A stretch of 64,000 nucleotides of DNA from Lingula anatina (taxonomy: Eukaryota > Animalia > Brachiopoda). Of the stretch, positions 1 through 11,514 are shown piece after piece. Numbering within the stretch: the stretch's first letter is position 1; each line of letters opens with the position of its first letter. The stretch covers positions 53,050,788 to 53,114,787 of the forward strand of contig CM120640.1 in assembly GCA_051362555.1 (NCBI GenBank). The letters run 5' to 3'. The position numbers and the translations under genes are program-made. A model generated the notes under the pieces. The model ran no database searches and was not told the DNA's origin. It worked only from the letters and a program-made list of their open reading frames with translations.

Positions 1-190
1 GAATGAATACAATTCAAAGCCAATCATGCACAATAACTTTACTGGTTTCACAATAAGTTCAAAGTGCAGACTTAGAACAAGTAATTTACTGGAAGACGCC
101 ATAACTACAATGTTCAACTGAAGATTTTCAAACATTTTGTACGAGATTGTAATCCTTTTTTTTTGTTGGTCACAACTGAAAACCAGCAAA

Positions 191-3100
191 ATGAGTAGTG
201 AAGAGGCAGAGGCGTATATTCAGGTAATATATTTAATAAAACAAGGTATAGAGATCTCGAGAAAAGTGTAATCTTTGGAGACAAAACAATATGTATATCT
301 ACCCCCTGGTCTTAACTTTTGTTTGCTTATGAAAAACCAAAGGCATGGACAGGGGTGCACAAATACATTCTCCACGACTTTGACAACCAGACAATTATGC
401 TGCAATTTATTTAACTAATATGAGAAATAACATTAATCAGGAGAAAAATGCAATCTTATCATTTGATGCATTCTACTAAACTTCTAACTGCATTCAATAC
501 AAACGAACAGCCATCAGAGAAATAATTTTCAAAACAATGTCAAACAGGGTTTCAGTGCTTGGAGGGATACAGGCTTTCCAATCCATAAATCATTTTCGAA
601 ATTTGAAACTTGTTATGGCTAACATTTAATTTTAACAGTATAAGTTATATCTTTCATCATGACAAATTCCCAACTCTTTACATCTCAATCTTAACAAAGG
701 CCAATGTTTTTTTTTCTCTTTTTAACACATCTTGTTCCTATCTCATTTCAGCAAATCCTGAAAGTGATGGAGGCCAGGGCTGAAAGAACTGATCGCCTGG
801 CAGAACGGAATGTCCGCAGCCCACTAGCCCCAGTACGTCAGCGAAGCCCTACAGGCAAAGAGAGGAAAAACAGCCCCTCAATGAAAGGCAGAAATCGGCC
901 CCTATCCCCTGTCAAACCTGGATCAGGAAGCACATTACGAGGTAGCAGTGGGTCGAGATCTAGATCACCCACTAAGCTGGCAGCATCAAGTACAGCTGCA
1001 GAGGAACCCAAACCAATCAAGAGACTCACATTCAAGTCTCCACATCATGAGGACAAATATCTCCGAGTGGTGGACCTATCCAACCAAGGGCTGACCACTG
1101 TGCAGTCAGCCTACTTTAATGGTGTGTATAATTTTGTGTATAATTTCTTGGTTAAAAGACAATTTCATTTCTTTAACAAGAGATTTTAACAGTGCCTGTT
1201 CACTTAAAAGCAGAATTTGGTGAATAATTAATACAAAAACTGACTACAGGAACACATCTGTTTCAAAGTGAGCTATGTTTCCACTTCAGGTTTTTTTAAT
1301 ATATCAAAAAATATAACTATATACAATTATTATTTTGACATAATAACCTGATAAGAATTTTAACACTTGCATTTTTTAAATATCTGACAGTAAAGGACTC
1401 GGACATTGTGGATGGCGGTACTTAATATTTTATTTCAATTTTCATTTGTAGAATGATTTTATTTCATTTAATTTTGACTGGATTTGTGTGCAGTGTGGAG
1501 TTCTATTTGTGGTGCTTTATTGCAGAATCTTTATTTTACAATATTCAGAATCAGCTGAAACCCCATTTCCTTTGATCAGTCTAATTTTAATCAAAGTGAC
1601 TGTGCACATCATGTTTAAAAATTATGGCTTCTTTCTCCAATACACTCAGTTCTGGTCAATATTTTTGTATAATTGCATTGGAGTGAATTAGACTGTGCTA
1701 TTATGTAACTTTTAAGAATAGAGAAGGTCATGGTGATACCTATTTTGAAGGATAGTTGTTACAGCTCCATGACTGATGTAATGTCATTTTACTTTTATAA
1801 ATCTCATGCATTAATTTTTCTTTTAAAATCCACCTTGTTAATGGAAACCTTTTTATTTTAATAGCCAAAGATGTAGGAGAGATGAACCTCTCAGGAAACT
1901 GCCTCAGAACCATTCCTTTGGACATACGCAAGCTAACCCACTTGATCAGCTTAAACATCAGCAGAAATGGCATCAAATGCTCACATCCCAATGATTATGG
2001 TGGACTTCCTGCAGAATTAGACTCCCTGAAATTTCTAGAAACCTTGATCATTGCTGAGTGTAACCTACAGTACATACCCCCAGCTGTGTGGCGATTAAAA
2101 AAGCTGAAAAAGCTAGATATCAGCAGGAACAAAATCCAAATCCTTGTCCCTGAGATAGGCCATCTGACAAAACTGGAATATCTAAACCTACAGCAAACTG
2201 GGATAACCACCTTGCCCCTTGAGATTGCCTACTGTCAAGAACTGCAACAAATCCTGCTGTATGGAAATGCCATGGAAAGTTTACCAGAGACCTTGAAAGA
2301 GCTACCCTATCTTTGTGTGCTGAAAATGAACCATCGCAGCTTTTGTAGTGTTGTTGATGACTATATGGAGAATCTCATAAGAAAAGGGCAAATTCAATCA
2401 GAACATGTCCCGCAGGTTTTGTTTGAAATGCCATGTCCACTGTCCCTAGACCTCGAGGCCTGCAAGATAAACAATCTTCCAGATGAATGCCCTAACAGTC
2501 TCATTGAGTTCAATATCTCAAAGAATTATTTCCATGATGTTCCCAAAGCTTTGTACAGGATAGAGAACCTTCAGTATCTTGACATGTCAAACAACATGAT
2601 TTCTGACCTGCCTCAAGATATTGGCCAACTCAAGTCAGTAAAAGTTCTGAAAATCAACAGCAATGTCTTTGAGACAGTCCCACCATCCATAGGTGACCTG
2701 AAGCACCTAGAGGTACTAGAAATGGAGAGCAACCGTATTCGCTGTCTGCCATCAGAGATCAGCAATCTGACCACTTTGCATACACTGAAGCTTGCCAAGA
2801 ACAACATCCAAGCCCTGCCAGATTCCATCTGTGAGCTGTACAGGCTAGAAACCCTTGATCTTACAGATAATGGGTTGACATCTCTCCCTTTAAATCTGTA
2901 CAAGCTATCCAGATTAACCTCAGCCCACAGCTATCATCTGTTGTTCAAAACTGGGCTTTGGCTTAACAAGAATCCTCTCGTCACTCCCCCTGAGCATGTC
3001 TGGAAAACTACAGATATACAGAAAATCTATGTTTACCTCCAGCAGCTTAAAATTGCTCGCACTCAGCTCCTGCGCCTTAAACTTATCCTCATGGGGGAGT

Positions 3101-4791
3101 CGCAATCTGGCAAGACAAGCCTGGCCAATGCGATGATCAGTGGAAAGATCAATTTGACTGCAGGGAAGGAAGACAGTACAAGCATAGTTGAGCAGAGGTT
3201 CCTGACCACAGAAAATGGAGTCAACTTTATGGTGTATGATCTGGGTGGTGACCCAGTCTACATGTTCACACACCCCATGTTTCTGGATCCAAAGGCCTTG
3301 ATGATGATTCTTTATGACCACAGCACCTACAACCCTGACTCCTTCCAGTCCACTATTGGTAAGTGGATTGACCTGATCAATGTCCGAACCCCAGGAGCAG
3401 TGGTCAAGATAGTGGGCACTCACACTGATCTGTGTGAAGATGAAAAAGTCAGCCAGGCAAAACTGCAACTCATACAGGAACAAGTTAAGAAGCACCAGGA
3501 AGAACATGAAGAGTCCTTGAACAAAGAGCTGGAGTCCATTACTGACCAGATTGAGAAACAAAAGACCATTGAGACCGACATCAATTTTGAGACTCCTGCG
3601 GCAGAATTTTTGGAAGAACAGCAAAAGAAAATAGAAGGACTGCTTCAGAATACAGTCAAAATGATGCCAATAAGTATTGTGAGCTCAACTGAAGGCACCA
3701 AGGGAGTTGCAGATGTCATGGCAGAAATGGAACGTCTAGCAGTGAATGAAAACCTCTTCCCTCATGCTCATGATATCGTGGATCCAGAGTGGGACGACTT
3801 CAAATCTGCTTTACGTCTTCACAAAACACTTTTCCTAACATGGGATATGGCAGTTGAAATTGGGAAGAGTTTCAAATTTGATGAAGAGGAGGTCCTTCAC
3901 TGCTTGCTCTACCTTCGAGACACTGGAGATGTTGTTTGGTTTAGAGGAAGCTCACAGCTACATGATGTCATCTTCCACAGACCCAAATACTTTGTACAAG
4001 TACTGAGAGGCATCTTCAAGCACAACATGGAAGCATTCCTCAACTATGAGAAGAACAAAGTGTTTAGTAGCAAGGGGAAATATGAACCTGACATTTTTGA
4101 GGAGCATCGAAAAATGTTCCTTCAGCACGGTCAGGTTTCTAGACAAATGATGCAGTGCCTGTGGTTCTACCTAAAGCTGGGTTATGATGAGTTTTATGCC
4201 CTAATGGACTTCATTCCAAGACTGGACATACTCTATGCCATCCCTCAGCCTGACCTGCCCTTGGCCAAACACCACTTCCAACCATTTGCAGCCATTCCTT
4301 GGTATAATAAAGATGCAGAGGATATCTCGACTGTCAAGGGTTACTGGACACCAAAACTTCTACTTGACATAAAGGAGTTGAAGGTGGATTACACATTCCC
4401 ACTTTATTATCCAGTTGGATTATTTGAGAGACTATCTGTTCGCATTCAAGACATCATCACTGAGAGAATAGACTGGAAAAGTCTGACTTATGCAACCACA
4501 GAAGATGAACAACTACTTCTCAGACAGCATGTGTGTAAGAAATCTGGAAACCACACCCTGACCATAGCTGTGAGAGGGAAAAAAGTGGAAGCCATGCTGC
4601 CCATTCTGATCAAGCTACACAATGCCTTTGTTGAGTTTGCCTCTCAGTGGCCAGGGCTTGTGTGGTACATCTCCAAGTCTTATGCTGACAGTGGAAAGAA
4701 GGCAACTTTGGACTACTTTCCAAAGGAGGTGTTTGATACACCTGCTCCTCAAAACATGTCTAGACGGAAGAGCATTGTTTACTTGTACTAA
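191..4791 (+). CDS. MFHAS1: MFHAS1/MASL1-like ROCO protein (LRR-Roc GTPase-COR, no kinase), ~1109 aa; join(191..223,752..1121,1865..4791)
   Basis: Many LxxLxLxxNxL repeats. P-loop GESQSGKTS, G3 YDLGG and G4 VGTHTD, then a COR-like region (LLYLRDTGDVVWF, YYPVGLFERL). GT-AG junctions keep the frame: MSSEEAEAYIQ|QILKVME and YFN-A-KDVGEMNLSGN. The symbol means family resemblance, not proven orthology. Confidence 0.88.
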
Positions 4792-5265
4792 ATGGATTTT
4801 AGGAAAAGTAGTTGGACTAGCTAGGCTGGTAATAACTTGTACTTTGACTAACTGTGATATTGTGCATTTCAGGCAAAATGTACTTGAATCAAGAAACTAA
4901 GAGAAAATCACAAAAGACAATATTTTATAATTTTGTAATGTATATAAATAAATGTGTACATTTTGTTGTCTAGATATTTAACAAAAAGCACTCTAATTTT
5001 ACTTGCATCTTTTATTTTTAATATCTTATATGATCATATATTCATAAATATCATGACCAATTCAGTCAGGTCCTGTGAAAGATCACATTAATATTCAAAT
5101 GTGCCAAAATCTGATCGTAAATTGCATATAGAATGTATTTATGTATACATGTATAAACTCAGCTGTGGAATAAAGAAAGGTTCCATCTTTCCAATTTTAA
5201 AATCAATGACTTCAGTTTAGGCTTGTATATATTAAGCAAATATGGAGTATCATTAGCTCACCTAC

Positions 5266-5418
5266 CTCACACCAAAAGGCAAATATTCTCAGTCCTCTAA
5301 CAGGGAAAAAGAAGAACCATGGCACAGGAATGAGAATTACGAAGACCACAGATACACATAACTTATTCCACCACTCTGGCAACTGGTGGAAATACCACGC
5401 TAATGGAGTGGGAATACA
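5266..5418 (-). CDS. LMF2: LMF2 duplicated exon, copy B ([51 protein letters not shown])
   Basis: 153 nt, phase 0/0, tttatag acceptor and gtaggt donor, open frame. Ungapped homology to copy A. Confidence 0.85.
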
Positions 5419-8400
5419 CTATAAAGTCAAAGTTATTTTTTATACCATGTGTAGACCTTCATCATGCAATATTATAAATCTAAAGCAGCCATGAGGTTAT
5501 GAATGACAAAAAACCCACTTAAAATTGTTTTCCTACATAAGCCACTCTTTGTTGAAGGGGAATCTCTGCAAGCACCCAAGCAGGTTCATCAATTAGATTT
5601 TTTAAACATTGGACAATACTTTGAAATAAGCAGTGAACCTGAAAAGAAAACCCTGAAAAATTTGCACTGCAAACAGAAAAACAAGGCCATGAATATCAAA
5701 CGATCAAAGCAGCACATGAACATTAATCAATTAGCAAATGAATTTTTCATACTGTTAAACACATGTATGAAAAGTCCTGCAGTTTTCTGGGAATAAAACA
5801 TTAAAACGTTCAGAGAAGAACCAGAATCTACATAAATCCTTCAAACTGCAATTTGGTTCATTTGTCAAAATTTGTATGATATAATTTTTGTTCAAAACAC
5901 TGTGATCTCAAAGAGACACACAAGCACAATAATCAACCATAGTTTCTTAAAGTGATACTTTGATTTTTTTGTTTTTTCAAAACTAAATCTGGTTCCTCCC
6001 TGTTCAGTTTTAGCCTATTTTATGCCCCATACCTGATTATAAAAAGCAAATATACGCAGGCCTCTGATTGGTAAAAAGAAAAGCCAGGGTACAGGAATCT
6101 CAATGATGTAAGTCATAGCCACTGACAGTTTCTGGAACCATTCAGGTAGTTGGTGGAAATACCAAGCCATGGGGGTTGGCAGACACTGAAATGGTTAGAT
6201 TTGGCTAGTAACTACAAATTTAAGGCAAAAAGCACTTCAACATTTAGTGACAAGTACACAAAATCGGCTGTTAATTTTTGTGAATTTTTTTATTTATAAA
6301 TGCATTGTTATTTGTAGCTAATTTGAAAAATCAAAAACCTTGTGGTGTGAAATATCTGATTTTGTTATAAGACAATTTGTTTGTACCCTCACACAGTCAT
6401 TACTCATATTGGACATCAAGTTTTTATGTCAGTATGTTTCAGTATTAGCACAAGGCCTTCTTCAGATGAAATTGGGTTGGGTTGCCACCAATGTTACATG
6501 GCAGCCTGCAAGGATGTCCCCCAGGGCCCAATTCCACAGGTATGGTAGTTGGTATCGCAGGCTGCCATGTTTGTTGATGGTGGGTTGTTCAATCTGCTCA
6601 TAAATTGTCTCTATCATACCTTTTCTGAACCAATCTTCCTCTTTGTCAAGGGTCAAGACAAATTGGTTTCAAATGTACAGGGTGAATACTGCACATTCAT
6701 ATGGTTGTGCCACCTGAGCTAGGGTCCCTATACATTCTGGTACATTCTGTTTCTTATAGACTGTTTTGTTTCCCCACAATTAAGTCTTTTCATTCACTGT
6801 CCTTACACCTTACACCATATACAACATTAGACATTTTTTTCTTAAAGCATGCCATTCCGTCTTTCATAGATTGTCACCATGTGATATCGGTGACAAATCA
6901 TTCTCAGTTGACCCGAAGGTCTTGTGATAAGGCTGAAACATACTGATCTCAGTTTCAAAACATTAGATCTACGAGTCAATTACAATTCCTCTTTATCTTA
7001 ATTAAAAACAACTGTATTAATCACAACTTTCATTTAAAATCACCTCTAACATTTCTGATATTTTTTTCATGAAATGAAATTTGTGGGGTACTGAAATCAT
7101 TATTCATTATTTCTAATAAAATTGAGGATCAGTATGCAACTTGGTATGAAACTGCAAAATTAAACAATATATGTAAATATGTGCTTGTTTTCAATTGTGT
7201 GTGTGACAATAATGACAACATTTAAAACAGTTTCAACCTTATTTACTTTATCAAATATACCATTTAAAACTTTTAATACAAACATATACCTAAGTGGGGT
7301 TTTTTTAAATTACAATACCAAATACTGCAAAACAACTAAAGTTAAATACAAAACTTATTTTAAAAATCAAAGTAGACTATTGTCTTTTATATTATATTAA
7401 ATTATATTATATTATATTATATTATATTATATTATATTATATTATATTATATTATATTATATTATATTATATTATAAATCCAATATTAATTTATTATTGA
7501 ATACAATTACCTGACTTTCATAATGCCAATTCAAAGCTGAAAGTTAATAATAAAAATTGTAAATTAAGCAGAAAAGTTAACAAAAACTGGAAATAACTTA
7601 TGTGAGCATTACACTAACAGATGTTTGACCTGAAAAAGTTGTAAATGCTGAATTTTTTGTTCAATAAAATAGACAGATTAGTCTACAATGAATACAAAAT
7701 TTGCTCCATACCAGTTAGTCCCCACCATGTTGGGCATTCACTTGTCAGCTTGACCACTCCTGATGCAAACATCAATCTGAACAGTAACCACTTTAACAAC
7801 CAAAATATGACATGGTCATGGGGGCTCAGAGTTTCATTTTTCCATGGGATTGCTGGAGCTAGCAGGATGGTAAGAAAGCCTGCCTCAAGCAACAAAATAT
7901 CCCTAATAATAATAATAATAATAATATAATATGACTTATGACTATGATAATATTATATAATATGTGACTTATGACTAGAGAAATATCTGTCTGGTGACAC
8001 ATTTAAACAGGCTTTAAAATGTAGTTACTCACTCAAAGGAAGAAACAGCAAAAATTTAAATATCTAATTCAAAAAAATCCAATTTGATTATACTTATACA
8101 TACCACTGAAACCAAAGGAAAGTCTGTCCAACCTGAAAAAATATCTCTGATTTATTTACGAAAGCATGTCAATTTATACTGTAGATTAAAATAAGTTTTA
8201 CGTCATAACACTCAGAAGTATGCCACGGCACTTTTTATTGTACATTAAAATAAGTTTTTATCACAAATTTCTTTATAATATAAATAATGAATATGATGAC
8301 ATATTTCATATAGGCTTATATCTGATTACATGTTACACAGCATATAAATATGCTGTAAAAAGAATTTTGTCAAAACAAAATACATATAAAGCAAAACATG

Positions 8401-9604
8401 CTTTAATTTCCCACAATAAAGTATTTCTTGGTGCAGGTTGTCTGTAGGGATGATGCTTTATATAAACAGAATAATGAATGAATGGACAGTCCTCTTATAC
8501 AAACAGCCTGATAATGAAACAATATGGAAAAACAATATTACAAACTAACTTACCTGAAAAAGCGAAAAATACAAAGCCCAGAGACAGGCAAATGATAACA
8601 TTCCACGCATGTACCCTGATACAAACACAGAGAAGGATAGGCAAATGCCAAGAAGGGCAATAAAATCCATTGAGGACTGAATATCCAAACCAAGCTTTGG
8701 AAGGAGTCGTATTAATGTTGGCTGCTTTTGAAAATCATCAAATGAATTGGGTTCTGAAAAGAAATTATTTTAACTAAAGAATGCATAAAAATCAAAAAAT
8801 GATTTTTAAAAAATCAATCTTTATCAAATATCTTTTCTTAAATTTTCTTTTCAACATTTAAATCTGTTTTAAAAAGGATCAATTAATAATTTTAACTTTA
8901 TTCAAAAAAGTATACAAACCTTTCTGCAGTATATTTCGAACAGGCAAAATTCCATTATCCCCATATAAGCCTATGAAATGACAAAATAATATATATTTAA
9001 GTTCTCTTATATTTTGATTTTCTTTTTCTTTTATTAATTGTTTTTAACATTTCAATTTGTTACTTATAGAGAGATATACAATTTTTCTAAGGTAAATCAG
9101 CAAGTACATTTCACAGAAATTCATTCATTTCATAAACAGTATATGCACTGAGTGAGTAACATTAAATATCATTCATGTATAACTTTTTTAAAAAAAGTAA
9201 CGTGACCTGTGACTATATTTGCAAATTTGGGGGAAGGGGTCATGTAACAATATCCATGAATGCATTTCCCTGAATTTGGTCTCAGAATTTCTATGGGTTA
9301 ATCAATATAAGCTAACTGTTAAACTGACCACTATAATTACAACAGTAGTTCGTGTCATTACGCACGTACGCGACAAATTAATAAAATATTTAATGTCATG
9401 GTTCTCGAAGTAAAAGTGGCAAAATACTAGCAAGTGCATGTACTGCACAACGCAGACCCGCAGTGTCTAGACTTTAGAAAAAGTGGAATCGCACTAAATT
9501 TAATACTTACCGGGTATTTGCACGTAAAGCGACGAAAATGCAAACATATATATAACTGCCATTGATCGCAGGAAGAGATCTCTCGTCCTTCTTAATTCTG
9601 CCAT
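5266..9604 (-). CDS. LMF2: Lipase maturation factor 2, 5' part; exons 9511..9604, 8920..8970, 8554..8753, 8104..8132, 7712..7902, 7511..7536, then 6033..6185 and/or 5266..5418; remaining exons lie outside the window
   Basis: The spliced translation [41 protein letters not shown]...[27 protein letters not shown]...[40 protein letters not shown] matches LMF-family motifs. Junctions are canonical and phase-compatible. Confidence 0.92.
6033..6185 (-). CDS. LMF2: LMF2 duplicated exon, copy A ([51 protein letters not shown])
   Basis: 153 nt, phase 0/0, tttcag acceptor and gtatg donor, open frame. Confidence 0.88.
6480..6850 (-). mobile_element. Degenerate Penelope-like retroelement fragment (GIY-YIG endonuclease region)
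   Basis: Minus strand reads NVVYGVRC...[14 protein letters not shown] and [36 protein letters not shown], resembling the Penelope GIY-YIG C-terminus. Stops and frameshifts are present. Confidence 0.72.
7399..7475. repeat. (ATATT)n pentanucleotide microsatellite
   Basis: Perfect tandem ATATT run; the same motif occurs at ~26799-26847. Confidence 0.95.
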
Positions 9605-10272
9605 TTTAACCAAATAAAATGTAAGATAACCGATGCACTGACCGATGCGTAACTCACAAAAACACTGACAATGTGGAGCCTAACAACACATCCGGCTAAA
9701 TGACCTTGGTAGGCACTGGATAACCTAGTACCATGTTATTATACTCTCATTGCAGCTTCGTGGCTTATTCATCTTCATTAGAAACATACAGTGAATATTA
9801 AATGATGTTTTCAGTCTGTTAAATTTACAAAATATTTTTAAAATAAGTTATTTTTACACCTTGTGTTTTCATGTGAACTTGGCGTAATAATTTTTGCGGC
9901 TTAGAACAAATTTCGAATTCGCATTTTCCACTGTCAAACCTCGATTTAAACTGTCGAGTAAATACAACTTCGCAACTCAATCACCTTAAACGAGGTAAAG
10001 CAAAATAAAGCGTTCGGTAAAAGAGAGCTAGGGAATAAACCCCTCTTCAGTAATTAAATTATGTCTTTCACACTGAAATTATTTTGATATATCAGAAACA
10101 TTCTGCAATTCGCTGAAAAAAACATTTTTCATTTCACTACGTATGGCCTATCTTGAAACAAGAACCAATCACCAATGCGATCTAAAAGAGGTTTGAAAAT
10201 ACGCGGGTAAATGGGAAAGTGGGTCGAAAATTCAATGTGTTGTTTTTCAATCATTTTCTAGGGCGATTTAAG
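9605..10272. promoter_or_regulatory. Bidirectional promoter region of LMF2/NCAPH2, with CCAAT boxes (10165, 10172), CHR-like TTTGAA (10192) and a probable NCAPH2 non-coding first exon ending at 10272
   Basis: CpG-richer interval between divergent genes. AG|GTAAGG donor at 10272/10273 and a tttccag acceptor at 11507, just before the NCAPH2 ATG. NF-Y plus CHR is the known layout of cell-cycle gene promoters. Confidence 0.55.
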
Positions 10273-10626
10273 GTAAGGATATTAGCTGGTGTCAAAATTA
10301 TTTAAACAAAAGACAGTACGACATTAAAAAAAAAAGTGCTAGTTTAGAGAGTTTTCGAAAGTGACCGATCACCGTCCCCAAATGCTTGCGACTGTGTTGA
10401 ATCTGGTATTTTCAAGTCTATGCCTAATGTAGTGTGCCCCCGAATATATAATTATGTCTTCGATTGTAATTTTTTTTCTTAGTTTTCCATAGCAGAAACA
10501 TTGATCAAATTCACTGCACAACTGAATTTAGAAAATGATCAAAAATCAAAGACCCACGACCTTTTTTAATTTGGGGGACATATACAGTACAGGGGTACTT
10601 GTCTCTGTCAGTTTTGGCCCTACTAG

Positions 10627-10865
10627 GGCTGCGTTCACATGAAAAATCTGTTTTCTAAAAATCTATTTGCCGTATCTTGTGATCACGGTCTGTGCCATGA
10701 ATACACCACGGTGTAATTACTGGCAGCACCGAGAATTAATTACAGCTGGAAGTAACTGGCTCGCGCTGTCCGTAATTACGCCGTGTGGTATTCAGGACAC
10801 AGACCGTGATCACAAGATACCGCAAATATGTTTTTAGAAAATAGATTTTTCATGTGAACGCAGCC
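10627..10865. mobile_element. MITE with long TIRs and 3-bp TSD (TAG), PIF/Harbinger-like
   Basis: GGCTGCGTTCACATGAAAAATCT...AGATTTTTCATGTGAACGCAGCC, nearly fully palindromic, flanked by TAG on both sides. Confidence 0.8.
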
Positions 10866-11181
10866 TAGAACTTGCAGTATACCTAAATTTCGCATTACCC
10901 CTAGAACTTGCCTTAGCTTTTGGCCTTACCTATCACCATGCAATAATGTTTTGACATGTGATGATGGAGTGCCAACAAATAGTGTTATTTTTGATGCCAA
11001 GAGAAGGTCACATATTGGATAAGCAGTCTCTTTTCCATGTTTCTCTTATGAAGAAAACGATGATTGCAGTGCACATCGAGGTTAATTTTGAGTAAAGCTG
11101 TCCATTCATTGAAAAAACTTTATATAGCCAACAGTGTGCTTCAAGTTCTGATTATAACTCACTTGTTGTATGTGCAGTTTG

Positions 11182-11355
11182 GGGGGCCTCTCGATAGTCC
11201 GAAGGTTCATTGGTCCAAAGGTTCATTGGTCCGAAAAGTGGTAACATTTTCATCGATTTTTTAATCAAGGGTTCATTGGTCCGAAGGTTCTATAGTGAAC
11301 ATTCGGACCAATGAACCTTCGGACTATTGAACCTTCGGACTATCGCTACGGCCCC
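11182..11355. mobile_element. MITE with 15-bp subterminal repeats (GGTCCGAAGGTTCAT) and 8-bp TSD GCAGTTTG
   Basis: GGGGCC..CGATAGTCCGAAGGTTCA and TGAACCTTCGGACTATCG..GGCCCC inverted ends. GCAGTTTG at 11174-11181 and 11356-11363. Confidence 0.78.
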
Positions 11356-11514
11356 GCAGTTTGTAGTTATCATAATAGATACACATGTAAATTCTTCTCT
11401 GATTAATATTTTATATTGAAGGTAAATAGGAAAGTTTTGGGACAGATGCATTGTAACTGGAGACAACAATGTTAAATCTGGACTCTGATATTTTCTAATT
11501 TTTCCAGCTTCAAA

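Noticed and set aside
1995-4146. Antisense ORFs (e.g. 2920..3624, 234 aa) over the ROCO exon
   Set aside because: These are shadow frames of a long coding exon with no LMF or other recognisable motifs.
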